Shown here piece after piece: positions 50,660 through 61,988 of a stretch of DNA of 64,000 nucleotides. The stretch is from Podarcis filfolensis (Eukaryota). The notes beneath the pieces were generated by a model. The model was given only the letters and a program-made list of their open reading frames with translations, searched no databases and was not told the DNA's origin. The stretch lies in NCBI GenBank assembly GCA_964270895.1, contig OZ185441.1. One strand, 5' to 3'. Every line of letters starts with the position of its first letter. Within the stretch, counting starts at the first letter, position 1. Both the position numbers and the translations under genes were made by a program.

Positions 50660-50835
50660 GTAGAGAGCGAATTCCCCCCTACCTCTCATCTCATAATTCA
50701 AGGTCTTCAAAGAAGTGGTCTGCATACGGTTCAAGGCTGACATAAGAAAATACTTCTGTACAAAGTTAATAATTAACTCAGCATCCTAAGATGTGATGAG
50801 ATTGCTTTATGAAAAATGGTTGAACCTACATAGAT
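50660..50835 (+). mobile_element. Old CR1 LINE 3' fragment
   Basis: GGTTCAAGGCTGACATAAGAAAATACTTCT..CAAGATGTGATG-like..GCTTTA..GGTTGAAC..CATAGATGAAGG is a decayed CR1 terminal ORF2 segment. Confidence 0.5.
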
Positions 50836-51072
50836 GAAGGCAGTATACCTCAAAGGAACAGCTGGTGCCTTTCATTTCTATGCCTTGCTTGACAGCTTGC
50901 AGAGATTTTTGCTTTCTGATATTAACAGCAGAATGCTGATCTAGATGGATTTTGCTTTGATTCAGCAAGGCAACTCTTGATCTTAGGTTCCCCAAGTGGC
51001 TTGTGAATGTTCCAGGGAAATGAACATTTTTATTATGAACTATTATTATGCACACAGGTGTAAAACAATATA

Positions 51073-51616
51073 CCGCGTTTTTCCGTGTATTGGACGAGGG
51101 TTTTTGACTCAAAAATCACTTCAGAAAACTGAGGTCGTCCAATACATGGATAGTGGCATGGCAGTGGGGAGAAGGGCGGTGTGCCGCCAGCCATTCAGTG
51201 GGCTGGAGCACGGCTTCCCCTGATGCTGCAGCGAGCGGGGAGCAATCTGGGGGGTGTTTACTGCCCACAGCTGCGTGGTGGGGAGAAGCAGCATGCTGCC
51301 AGCCAGCTCTTTGACGGGAGCGCAAATTCACTCGATGCCGCTGCACACAGGATCATTTCCCTGGATCATTTCCCATACATGGCGGCATAGAGGGAGGTTG
51401 CTCTCCTGCAAACCGGATGGCTGGAGGGAGCACAAATTCACCCAATGCCGCTGCTCGTGGGAAACGATCTAGGGAGTGTTTTTTGCCCACAGCTGCGTGG
51501 GGAGAGAGGCTGAACAACTTTGGGCCATCTCCCCTCATTTTCTTAAAATTTAGTCTCTCAAAATGGGGGGTGGGGTGTCTTATACAAGGGGACGTCTTAC
51601 AGACAGAAAAGTACGG
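51073..51616. mobile_element. Non-autonomous Tc1/mariner (Tc2/pogo-like) element
   Basis: Imperfect TIRs CCGCGTTTTTCCGTGTATTGGACG / revcomp CCGTACTTTTCTGTCTGTAAGACG, TA flanks at 51071-51072 and 51617-51618, and an internal duplicated TGCCCACAGCTGCGTGG. Confidence 0.75.
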
Positions 51617-52661
51617 TAACTTGGTCAGTGATAAAGGCAAACTAGAAAATTGAAAAAGCCACCAGGTGAGGGTAATTCTGAAACTATTGTAGTCATTAGT
51701 TTGGTAATAGCCCAATCCTATACATGTTTACTTGGAAGTCAGGGTAAAATAGACACCGTGGTGGTCAATTTGTAAACAGCTACTGGACACAGTGATCTGG
51801 ATCAGGACCACAACAGGAGCAAAGGCTTGAATCTTCTCTCTCTCCCACCCCTAGTCTGGATTGGGCTTTCCTATACTTGTTATTTAGTAAACAAGAAACA
51901 ATCATGAACATGCCATTGTCGTTCTCTGTTTTGGTCCTTCTTTCCCACAAGTTCAACGGATTTTACTCCCAACAGTAAATGTGCACAGGATTGCAACCTT
52001 ACAGCCCTGTTTCGTAAATTTCAATGTACTTTTCTACATACAGCCTGTGCAGAATCTATGCAGGATTTGGCTGTTAACCCCTTAAAGCTAGCTATAATGC
52101 ATTTCACATACAAGCTGTTGAGAGAGGTTTTGTCAATCGTGGGCCTAAGAACTATGGTCTTAGCCCACAAAAGGCAAGAGGGCAAAGGATGTGATGATAC
52201 TACTTCATATGAACAGGTTTTAGGCTGGTAGTGGATGTGAGGGGACCGTTAACCAGACTGACTTTTGCTGTGCTCTGAGTTGCATTTTGTGTGGGATGTA
52301 TATGACTATAAATCCAATCCAACCATCAGCAGAAAATGATGGGGCAGGACAGTGGTGAGATTAATGATATATACTGCATCATTTTAAGGCAACGTTTAAC
52401 CATGTGCTGAGCCTCAAACTATGTGTGGTGGTTTGGTCTGAAGATCTTGTTTTGTTAGGGAAATGCAGTCAAAGGACTAAAAGTTGATTGCAGGAAAGAG
52501 ACTTAGGAGGAAGGAGTGATTAACATTCTCCCTTCTAATTCTTTTTGTAATCAAAATCACCCCCCCTCCCACAGCACTCCCCCTATTGTCTCATGTGGGG
52601 GGGAGAGAAGTTAGTGTCATACCCTCCAATATATCTCTGATGAAAATAGGGACATCCTATT

Positions 52662-52694
<33 letters not shown>
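52662..52694. repeat. (TAG)11 microsatellite
   Basis: Read directly; embedded in a dispersed repeat related to about 63385-63550. Confidence 0.95.
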
Positions 52695-55602
52695 ACTGGG
52701 TTGCCCTAGCAACTCTGGTGGCTTCCAACATATATAAAAACATACAACATAAAAAAATACTTCCCTATGCAGGGCTGCCTTCAGATATTTTCTAAAGGTT
52801 GTATAGTGGTTGAGCTTTTTTAGGGCAATCACCTGATAGCCTCTCTGCCACCGCAGAACCTAAGCCACCCATGCCAGAGCCAGAGCCCCATTCAATGAGG
52901 ACTAGAGACTTGTTTCTTTATTTTAAATTGAAATCTGGGGAACATGGCCAGTTAAGGGTTCAAACAGACAGTGGGTGGCATGTCTAGAATCCAGGAAAAC
53001 CTGACAGATAAGGCTACAGAGACAACCTTATTTTGACTTTAGTCGGAGAGATTAAACATATGCTTACCTCTCCCATCCAAAGTGCTTAATTTTTCTAAGA
53101 CTGTTTCTACTGCATTTTACAGTGTCTTTAGAATTCGTTCAAAATTTTGGTTTTATCATTTCCTTCTAAATAATCTTGAGGTTGTTAAAATTTGCCTCTG
53201 TGTGGCCAAAAAGCTGTTCATAAATCACAAAAAAATATTAATAAAATAGATATGATTGACACTATTTTTAGAAAGAAGACAATGAAAATCCACTTTAAAT
53301 TATGAAAGAAATGTCATCTGTGAGTGCTGATGTGGGACTTGTGTCTCCATAGGAAAAAGCAAAGGCAAAGATCCCTTGCAGTGCAGAAAATAGTGCGTTC
53401 CTCCCTGCTACCAGCTGCATATATCAGGGAGAAGCTGTACATAGGTAGAAGCTTGCTTGTCACCCAGGAGGCTCTCTCTCACACAATCCAGAGAGACTAG
53501 GTAAGAAGTCAGGAGCTAATCATGAATAGATTTGCATGGTTGCATCAGATTTGGAATATTCCTCAAGCATATGTTTCCAAAGGATATTTGCTGCACACCT
53601 TTTAACATGACTGATTTTAGTCTAATGACCCATAGAATATGGAAAGATATTTTAGCCTGTGGTGTTTTCCTGATATAAATTTCCTCCACGGCTAGCAACT
53701 TGTTATATTTTCAGTAGGTGTTCCTCCGTTACTTCTTTGCCTTCTATGCAACCTGATACATTTGCACAAGGCAAAGGTCCATTCAAGACTGTAAAACACA
53801 CACACATCCTCTATTTCTCAATTAAGACTGAAATAAATTGCAGTCAGAGATCAACACTATGTGCCTCATTCAGAAACATAAAAAGTAGCCTGATGAAGAG
53901 TTTGGCTCAGTTCAAAGGTTTTTGAGCAGCATTGGTTGGAATTGTTGTTGTTCTCACATTAGTAATTTGCAATATGAAAACAGCACCAAAAAATAGAATA
54001 AATAATCCAAGTCACAGCAGCAGCGGCAGCAGCAACCTGTCATAATGCAGACAATAAAACCCCTCAGCATAAGCCACAGCTCCTGCAATAAGCATAGTCA
54101 TAAAAACAATGCAAAAGTAAGAGCAATGGCCAATAAAAGGTGGCATGTGGGCTTCCTTGGTGAGGGGTTCAATAGGATAGGTGCCCCACAGTGGTGCTTT
54201 AAAGAAAAGACCTAGGATTTATCTTGCAAGCAAACAGTGCCTAGGGCAACTGAGACAGAACTGAAGGGCCTCATTCCTTTTCAGGAGACAAGCCACATGG
54301 TTCTGCTGTGGCTTTAAGGCTAGGCCTGCATAGAACTCGCTGCAGTGGTGAGGGGAATCAGATGCTTAGCGTTTGCTCGCAGTGTGATAGGAGTGTGACT
54401 GGTTCTCACCAATAAATTTACTGGCCTAGGTCAGCGGGGGTGGGGTGGGGACATTTGGATCAGGGCCAGTAGCCAAGCTGCCAGTAACCAAAGAGGGGGA
54501 AAGCATGCTGTCATAATACAGCAGTTCCAGGAAGGCAAGTTTGAGTAGCGCCATAAGGCCACAATAAAGATTTTTAGGTCTTGGTCCCATTCTGTGGCAC
54601 TGATCCAAATTAGGAAAAGCAAAGTGTATGGGGAGATCCAATCACAGATCTCCCATTGAATGCTCAGGTTGGCTAGTCATATGCTATCACTATTGCTTGC
54701 TAATTGTTGTTGGCCTTCAATTCAGAATCAACAGGCTGGGATACATAGAAGCACATCCGCTGCAAAAAGTCTTATCTAGTGGCCTTGTAGGGGGAAAGTA
54801 ACATTTTTGCCTTGTCATGGAACTTGGATAGCCGAGCTGTTAGCATTAACATTTCCTCTGTGCTGAATATTTACCCCCTGCTGCACCATTCTGTTCTTTT
54901 CACGTGCTTTCTGTGCTCTCTCTGTTGTATTATGCTGGGTGTACATTTCATCATTGTAAGTGTATGCCACCTTGGGGGTTCTTATTTGGGTCAGAAGGTG
55001 GACAGTTTTTTGTTTGTTGTTTAAAGCAGAAGAAGAGAGTGAGAGAATGTTTAAAAAGAGAGAAGATGTGAAAATAACAGTCATTCTGGTACTGTCCAGT
55101 GTGGTGTGGAATGCCCACAGACACACGCTCTTTTACACCATTAACATGGTGCAGCCTCAGTTGATTTTCAGACTTTAAATCTTTGAACTGTCCATCCTTC
55201 GATGTGCCTTATGAAATTGCTGCACTTCAGATAATCTGTCTTTCAGCTCCATTTTCTGCGCTATTAATGTTTATGAAGAAGCTTCTCCATTCCTGTATTT
55301 AGCATTGGCGTTAACGCCCATGCCATTTTCTGGCCATTTAATTTTGTTCTTTAGAAGCTAGGCCTTTGGTGGGAAATTCTGTTAAAGTGGGATTTGAAAG
55401 AGTATCGCATTAAGCAAGTACAAACTTGCTTTCTTTGAGTCAATAAAAAAGCATCCCTGAATAGACATTTCATCTGATCAAAGTACAACTTTCCTGGTTT
55501 TCCTGCTGGTGGATAGGAAGAAATATGGGATCTTTGGTGCTTTTTATATAGAAGGTCCTCAATTCTTATTCCTCCCACTGCCAGCTAAAGAGGTTATTGT
55601 GG

Positions 55603-55684
55603 CTCCTGCTTTGCAGGGGGTTGGACTAGATGACCATTTGGGTCCCTTCCAGCTCTACAATTCTTTGATTCTATGATTCTATGA
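55603..55684 (+). mobile_element. CR1 LINE (or CR1-tailed SINE) 3' end
   Basis: GCAGGGGGTTGGACTAGATGACC..CCCTTCCAGCTCTACAATTCTTTGATTCTATGATTCTATGA, ending in the (ATTCTATG)n tail. Confidence 0.8.
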
Positions 55685-56797
55685 AAGATGTTCTCCCAAG
55701 GTCTTTGACTTGCTGCCTGTTGGAGTAGTCAATGATGGGCTAATGGTCTGATACACTATCAACCAGTTTTACATATTCCAGCAATTATTTAACTGATAGG
55801 CACTCTATTGTTGCATAATGGAAACATCTACCTGTGATCATAAATGGGATGTGTATAATGTTTCCAATACCAGCTGCTAAGAACTCCCATTGGCAGGGAA
55901 GCAGGATAGGTAGGTGATCAGTTGCCTTGAGCGCTGGCCAGTTGAACAGGGTGGGTAGGGATGCAGGAGTGAGCAGGTAGGAGCAAGCAGGGGCAAGAGC
56001 AATGCTTCAAGACTGTTGCTCAACCCCTTGGAGGGTAAATCTATGATTTAGCTGCAGCTGAAGAAGGGAAGGGCTCGGCTTAAGCACTGCTCCATCCTAG
56101 AAACTGTTGGTAAACGTTATACATCAGTATACCTCCCAATACTGTTTAATGGCTTGCATCACATAACACCAAGTTTGTGTCCTTTTTGCTTCAGGTTCAT
56201 TCATCTGGAATAACTACTATTCCTGTCCCATAGTCACAACTGAAGAAAAGGAAGCATCCTGAGACTTGGCTGTTCTAATCCCCCTTATCTGAGAAGGACG
56301 GCTCTGTGACTACTTGCAGTCTCTAGCTGGTGCAGCTTGGCTGCCCCAGTCTTCATAGTGTCCAGACTCAGAGCAGAAATGTGGAAGTGGTTGCTCATAT
56401 CAGAAGCAGCCTCCTCTTCCTCTCATTAACTCCCCTGCATTCTGTGGGATGGTGCAATGCTGGAGATTGGAGCCAATCCTCCCCATTGTGCCATCTAGAT
56501 CAAGAGGAAGGGTAAGCAAGCAAGTACAGGCCCCCACCAGAGGTGGCCCATCTCATTTTGCCCCTACATATGTGCCACCTGCTGCCCCCACCCAAGGCTC
56601 ACTTATGGGGTTGTGTAGATGTGGCTTCTGGGTTCCAGCCAGGGGCGGACTTTGATAATATGGTGCCCTGAGCAAGTACAAAATTTGGGGGGTGTCTCTC
56701 CACCCCACCCCCAAGGGAAAAAAATTATTATCTTCACAATAATTCCTTTTTGTATTTTTTACTGATCTTCTTAGTAGGAACCCATATAAATAAATGT

Positions 56798-56799
<2 letters not shown>

Positions 56800-56845
<46 letters not shown>
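56800..56845. repeat. (TAT)n microsatellite
   Basis: Read directly from the sequence. Confidence 0.95.
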
Positions 56846-57587
56846 TTGCACCCCCTTGGCTCAGAGCCCTGTACAAGAGAACTGCTTGCACTGCCCTAAT
56901 CTGGCACTGCTCTAGTGAGAGCCCCATGAGAAGGCCTCCGGAGGCCTCTGTGGGCTCTTGCGATACCTCACTGGAACTTGGAAGACACTGCCGCCACTTC
57001 TCCTCACTACTCTGGTGGCAACGGGGGGGGGGGGGGCGGAGGGCGTCTCTGCAGGGATTCCACCACCTGAGGTGACTTCTTTAGACTGTCTCATGCCCTG
57101 GCTCCCACTCATTCTCTTCTAGGGTGGGGTTTGCAGGTGAGCAAACTGAAGCAGCAGTGGCTTCTCCTTGTGATGATCACTGGCCTAAACCTTCTTGCCA
57201 TACTCCTAAGAGAGAGAGAGAGCTAAGCAAGCTTTGGTGCAGGGTAATGGTTGCTTCTGCACTTTGCCTGTGCTCTCCCTGTGGAGGCAAACCCCACCGC
57301 CTATGGTGAGAGCAAAGGCAAGTGAGAGGAGCAGACACTACTTCCCCAGGTCCCCTCACCTTCTGTCTCTGGCCAGTGTAGCAGGGAGCTGAGAGCAAGC
57401 AGCAATTGTAAGTTTAGCTTAGCATCAATGATCTGAACTCTGATAACATCCAGGTTCATAGGAGCCAACTCCTAGGGACTGAGGTCCCTTAGGCTCCCCT
57501 AAAATATTTGAGGGGACTGGGGCCCCCCAAAGTTCATAGGCATTGCCATTGAAATGGTGTGTGTATGTCGTGTCTTGTGATTGATTA

Positions 57588-57746
57588 CAGTGGCGTAGCG
57601 TGGGGGGTGCAGGGGGGGCCAGCCGCACCGGGCGCAACATCTGGGGGTTAGGGCAAATACACAGGTTAGGGGGCGCAAATCCACGGGTTAGGGGGCGCAA
57701 ATTACTTGCCTTGCCCCGGGTGCTGACAACCCACGCTACGCCACTG
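57588..57746 (+). mobile_element. hAT-type MITE, copy 1
   Basis: TIR CAGTGGCGTAGCGTGGG; 8-bp TSD ATTGATTA at 57580-57587 and 57747-57754. Confidence 0.92.
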
Positions 57747-58479
57747 ATTGATTATGCTGTACCAGGTTTGACTACTGTGATACACTCTCTGTGGGGTTGC
57801 CTCTGAAATATGGCTTGGAAATTGCTGCTAGTTCAGAATGCAGCTGCTGGATCACCAACTGAGGTAGGCTTATTAGGATAGTGTAACAGTGGTGCTATAT
57901 GCCAGCTGCATTGGCTCCCAATTTCTGAGCCCAAGTGCTGGCTTTGACTTTTAAAGCCTTTTCCAGCTTAGGACCCAGGATATTTTATGTGTTGGCCTAA
58001 ACATTCAGAACTTCAACAGAACGACTTCTGGGGGCAGCCATACAAACTGAGACAAGGCAGCTGCTCCCCAAAGAAAGGGTCTTCTCAGTGGTGGTGCCTC
58101 AGCTGTGAAATGCTATCTGTAGAGGGGTCCACTTGGTACCTATTTTGTCATCCTTCCAGCACCAGGTAGACTTTTACTTTTCCCCAGCCCTTTTAGAGCT
58201 GATTTTAGCCCTGTGGATTCTTTGCTTGCTTGCATAAGATCGTTGGGTTTTATTACTGTTCTGCTGTATATTGTCTGCATGCACACGCACACACAAACTA
58301 TCCTGGGGGGTTCCGATGAAGGTTCGTATAGAAAGTCCTGTAACAAAATCATAATACAATAACCTGCTATCTTCCTGCTCACCCCTTTCCCTTTGGGCAG
58401 CAGACTGGGGAGCAGAGGGAGAGCCTTGGGGGGCTTGTGGGTTCTCCCTGAGCAGTGTGGTGCATGGGGAGCACTGGGC

Positions 58480-59900
58480 TGCCCCACAGGGCCGCCACGC
58501 CGGGAGAGCGTAAGCGAGGGAGCCAGAGTCGGAGGCACCGGAGGCAGGCAGGCATCTCTCTCCCGATCCCTGGGAAGCGTCCGGGGTCCAGCCCTTCCTC
58601 CACGCTCCCCAGCGAGAACAATGAGCCCTTGCTGCCTCCTTGGTCCGCGCTTCCCTTCGCTCCTTCTCGCGGCTGCAGAGCAGGGAGGGCTGTGCAGCCT
58701 AGGGGGCAGCCTCCACAAGCCTTTCACCGAGGAACACCCCCGCCCCCCCCCCGAAAAAAGAAGTCCACCGGCCCCCGCCGGCCCAGCTGGGATGGAGCCG
58801 TGCGCTTCGTGCCTCGGAGTCCCGGCGGCGAGCCGGGGAGGCGGAGCGGGAGCGGCCTCTCCTGCAGTTAATGGTCGCGACTCTGCGCGCCGCTGTTGAC
58901 CCGGCGATGCTGGCGGCGAAGCAGCGCGAAGTGGGACGCCGCCGCCGCCGCCGCCGCGAGTTGAGCGCCAGCAACAGACGGAGCGCAGTCCCGCCGCCGG
59001 AGCGCCGCGCCGCCGAGCAATGCCCGACCCGCAAAGTCCGCGCGAGGCGAGCCTGGACCGGGCAGGGTCGCGGCCGCATGGAAGGGACGGCTGAAAACTT
59101 TTAGAGGGACCTCCCCGCCGCTCCCGCAAAAAGAAAGAAACTTTGCGAGGCCGGGAGATGAGAGGCGCCGCGGGAAGGAGCCGGCCGAGAGCGCGATGGC
59201 TGCCCGTCGTGGGCTTCTGGCTGTGGCTGGGCGTCTCGGAGCGGGCGCTCGCCGCCACGCGCTACGCCATCCCCGAGGAGATGCCCAGGGGCTCTTCGGT
59301 GGGCAACGTGGTGGGCGACCTGGGCCTGGATCTCGCCCAGCTGCCCGCGAGGAACCTCCGCGTGGTGTCGGGCGGCGGACGAAAGTACTTCGAGGTGGAC
59401 CTGGGCAGCGGGAAGTTGCTGGTGAGCGAGCGCATCGACCGCGAGGAACTTTGCGGGGCCCTCTCGCCGTGCGCGCTGAGCCTGGAGGTGGTAGCCGAGA
59501 ACCCGCTGGTGCTGTACGGCGTGACCGTGGAGATCCAGGACGTCAACGACAACGACCCGGCTTTCCAGAGCAAGCAGATGAAGCTGGAGATCAGCGAGTC
59601 GGTGACCCCCGGAGCGCGTTTCCCCTTGGAGAGCGCGCAGGACCCCGACGTGGGAAGCAACTCTCTGCAGACCTACCAGCTCAGCGCCAACCCGCACTTC
59701 GTGCTGGACGTGCAGACGCGAGGCGACGGGACGAAGTATGCGGAGCTGGTGCTGGAGAAAGAGCTGGACCGGGAGCAGCAGCGGGAAGTGCAGCTGGTTC
59801 TCACGGCGATGGATGGAGGGACCCCACCCCGATCGGCCAGCTTGCAGGTGCTGGTTGACGTCCTGGATGCAAATGACAACGCCCCTGTCTTCAACCAGTC
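58480..59900. promoter_or_regulatory. CpG island over the gamma-C3 promoter and 5' exon
   Basis: Very GC-rich with dense CG dinucleotides and (GCC)n runs; the only such region in the window. Boundaries judged by eye. Confidence 0.85.
58863..58901 (+). promoter_or_regulatory. Pcdh CSE / CTCF site of gamma-C3
   Basis: TGCAG at 58863; GCGCGC-CGCT-GTTGACC with CGCT at 58891 (28 bp); 267 bp upstream of the ATG. Mammalian gamma-C3 is known to carry a CSE. Confidence 0.85.
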
Positions 59901-61602
59901 CATCTACAGAGCCAGCGTGAAAGAAGACACACCCTTGAACACCCTTGTTGTCCAAACCAGAGCTTTCGACCTGGATGAAGGCCCCAATGGGGAGATTGTG
60001 TACTCTTTCAGCAGTCACACCCCTGCCAGAGTCCGACAGCTCTTTGCCCTAGACTCTGCCACTGGAGAACTGAGGCTCAAGGGGTTGCTGGATTTTGAAG
60101 AAGCCAAATTTTATGAGATTTATATCCAGGCAAAAGATAAGGGTTCAAATCCTGGTGTCGCTCATTGCAAAGTGCTGGTAGAGATTGTGGATGTGAACGA
60201 CAACACCCCAGAAATAACAGTGACGTCGGTGTACAGCCCAGTACCAGAAGACGCGGCTCCAGGGACTGTGATTGCGTTGCTGAGTGTCACGGATCAGGAC
60301 TCTGGTGATAATGGCCTAGTAAATTGCTTTATACCTTCTGGGATCCCTTTTGCCCTCAGCTCTTCCCTTAAAAACTATTATACCTTACAGACCAAAGGAC
60401 CCTTGGACAGGGAACTTGTCTCTGAGTACAACATCACCATCACAGCTCAGGATGCAGGCACACCCTCACTCATGGCAGAAAAGCAAATACTGGTTAAAGT
60501 ATCTGATGTAAATGACAACCCTCCTAAATTTCCACAATCCTCCTATGATGTGTACGTGGAGGAAAACAACCTTCCAGGGACCCTGATCTTTAACATCAGT
60601 GCCTCTGACCCGGATCTGAACCGGAATTCCCACCTTTCCTACTCCATCCTGGATAGTCCCATGTCCTCAGGAGACTTGGCGGGCAGGTATTTTTCTATTA
60701 ACCGGGAAAATGGCAGTATATATGTCCTAGTCCCCTTGGACCATGAGGGCACCATGGAGTTCAGGCTAGTGGTGCAGGTTCGTGATGCCGGCCTCCCACC
60801 TCTTGCCACTAACATCACTGTCAATGTTTTTGTCACAGATCAGAATGACAATGCACCCAGGCTCTTATACCCAAACTCAAACAACAGTTCTTCGCTCTCA
60901 GAAGTCATCTCACCCACAGTCAGCCCTGGTTACATGGTCACAAAAATTGTGGCCTGGGATGCAGATTCTGGTTACAATGCCTGGCTCTCGTATTCCTTCC
61001 TTCAGGTCACTGACCCAGGGCTGTTCACTGTGGGGCTGCATTCTGGGGAGATAAGCACAGCTCGTTCTCTGCAAGAGGAAGATTCTCGCAAGCAAACATT
61101 GCTCATCTTAATAAAAGACAATGGGGAGCCTGCCTTGTCCTCCACAGTGACCCTTGCTGTAGATGTAGCAGAGACATCTAGGGAGACACTGACAGACTTG
61201 ACTGCTGTGTCCACTACACCCCAAACAAAGAAGCACTTGACTTTCTATTTAATCATTGCTGTCATCTTGATCTCAGTGGCCTTCTTTGTCACCGTGGTTG
61301 GGGTGGGGATTTATAAATTTTACAAGTGGAGGCAATCCAAGGATATATTCAAAGCCTCCAGAAGCTCCCTTTATAGAACCCCGGGGCCTTTCAACCACAT
61401 AGACACTGTGCGGAGTGGATTTACTCCTCCAAACTTCTACCAGCAGGTCCTCACCACGGACTCTCGCCAGAGTGAACTTCTGTACAAAATGCCCTTTGCT
61501 CCCAGCCCTATGGGGAGCCGCCAGAGCACTATCACAAGATGTGACCCTGCAATATATAACCAGCTAATAAGCACAAATAAGAGGCTTCTGGTGTCCTCTG
61601 AG
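59158..61602 (+). CDS. PCDHGC3: Protocadherin gamma-C3 variable exon
   Basis: C3-diagnostic stretches: EIYIQAKDKGSNP..HCKVLVE, EITVTSVYSPVPEDA, SSLKNYYTL, KHLTFYLI..YKWRQSKD...SSLYRTPGP and SP..SRQ.T...CDP. ATG at 59158; donor GAG|GTAATG at 61603 after 815 codons, phase 0. It is the last exon in the window, after the alternate exons. Confidence 0.9.
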
Positions 61603-61830
61603 GTAATGTATGCTTGTTGTCCTTCTCCAGCAAAGTTGGGAAATCTCAGCTCTGAGCTTAAGTTGACTTAAAGGCAGACCACCCAATGTCTTTCTAGCCG
61701 GAAACAGGGTAGTTCCTGTAGAACACATTCTTTTTCCTGTTTTCTGTCTCCATCTAGTGCTGTGTCATTTAATAGCATGATTAAGAGCCCCGCCTGTTTA
61801 ACTCCTGTGCATGTGTTGTTTCCTTCCTAC

Positions 61831-61988
61831 CAGTGGCGTAGCGTGGGTTGTCAGCACCCGGGGCAAGGCAAGTAATTTGCGCCCCCTAACCCGTGGATTT
61901 GCGCCCCTAACCCATGGATTTGCCCTAACTCCAGATGTTGCGCCCGGTGCGGCCGGCCCCCCCCTGCACCCCCCACGCTACGCCACTG
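61831..61988 (-). mobile_element. hAT-type MITE, copy 2 (inverted relative to copy 1)
   Basis: Same TIR; 8-bp TSD CTTCCTAC at 61823-61830 and 61989-61996. Its reverse complement differs from copy 1 at roughly 8 positions. Confidence 0.92.

Noticed and set aside
57640-57700. TTAGGG units as an interstitial telomere
   Set aside because: They are three spaced units inside a MITE, not a tandem telomeric array.
58140-60018. Long antisense and overlapping ORFs (58140-59258, 59101-60018, 59196-59858)
   Set aside because: Expected from stop-codon scarcity in a GC-rich island and from the shadow of the C3 frame; low-complexity translations with no domain.
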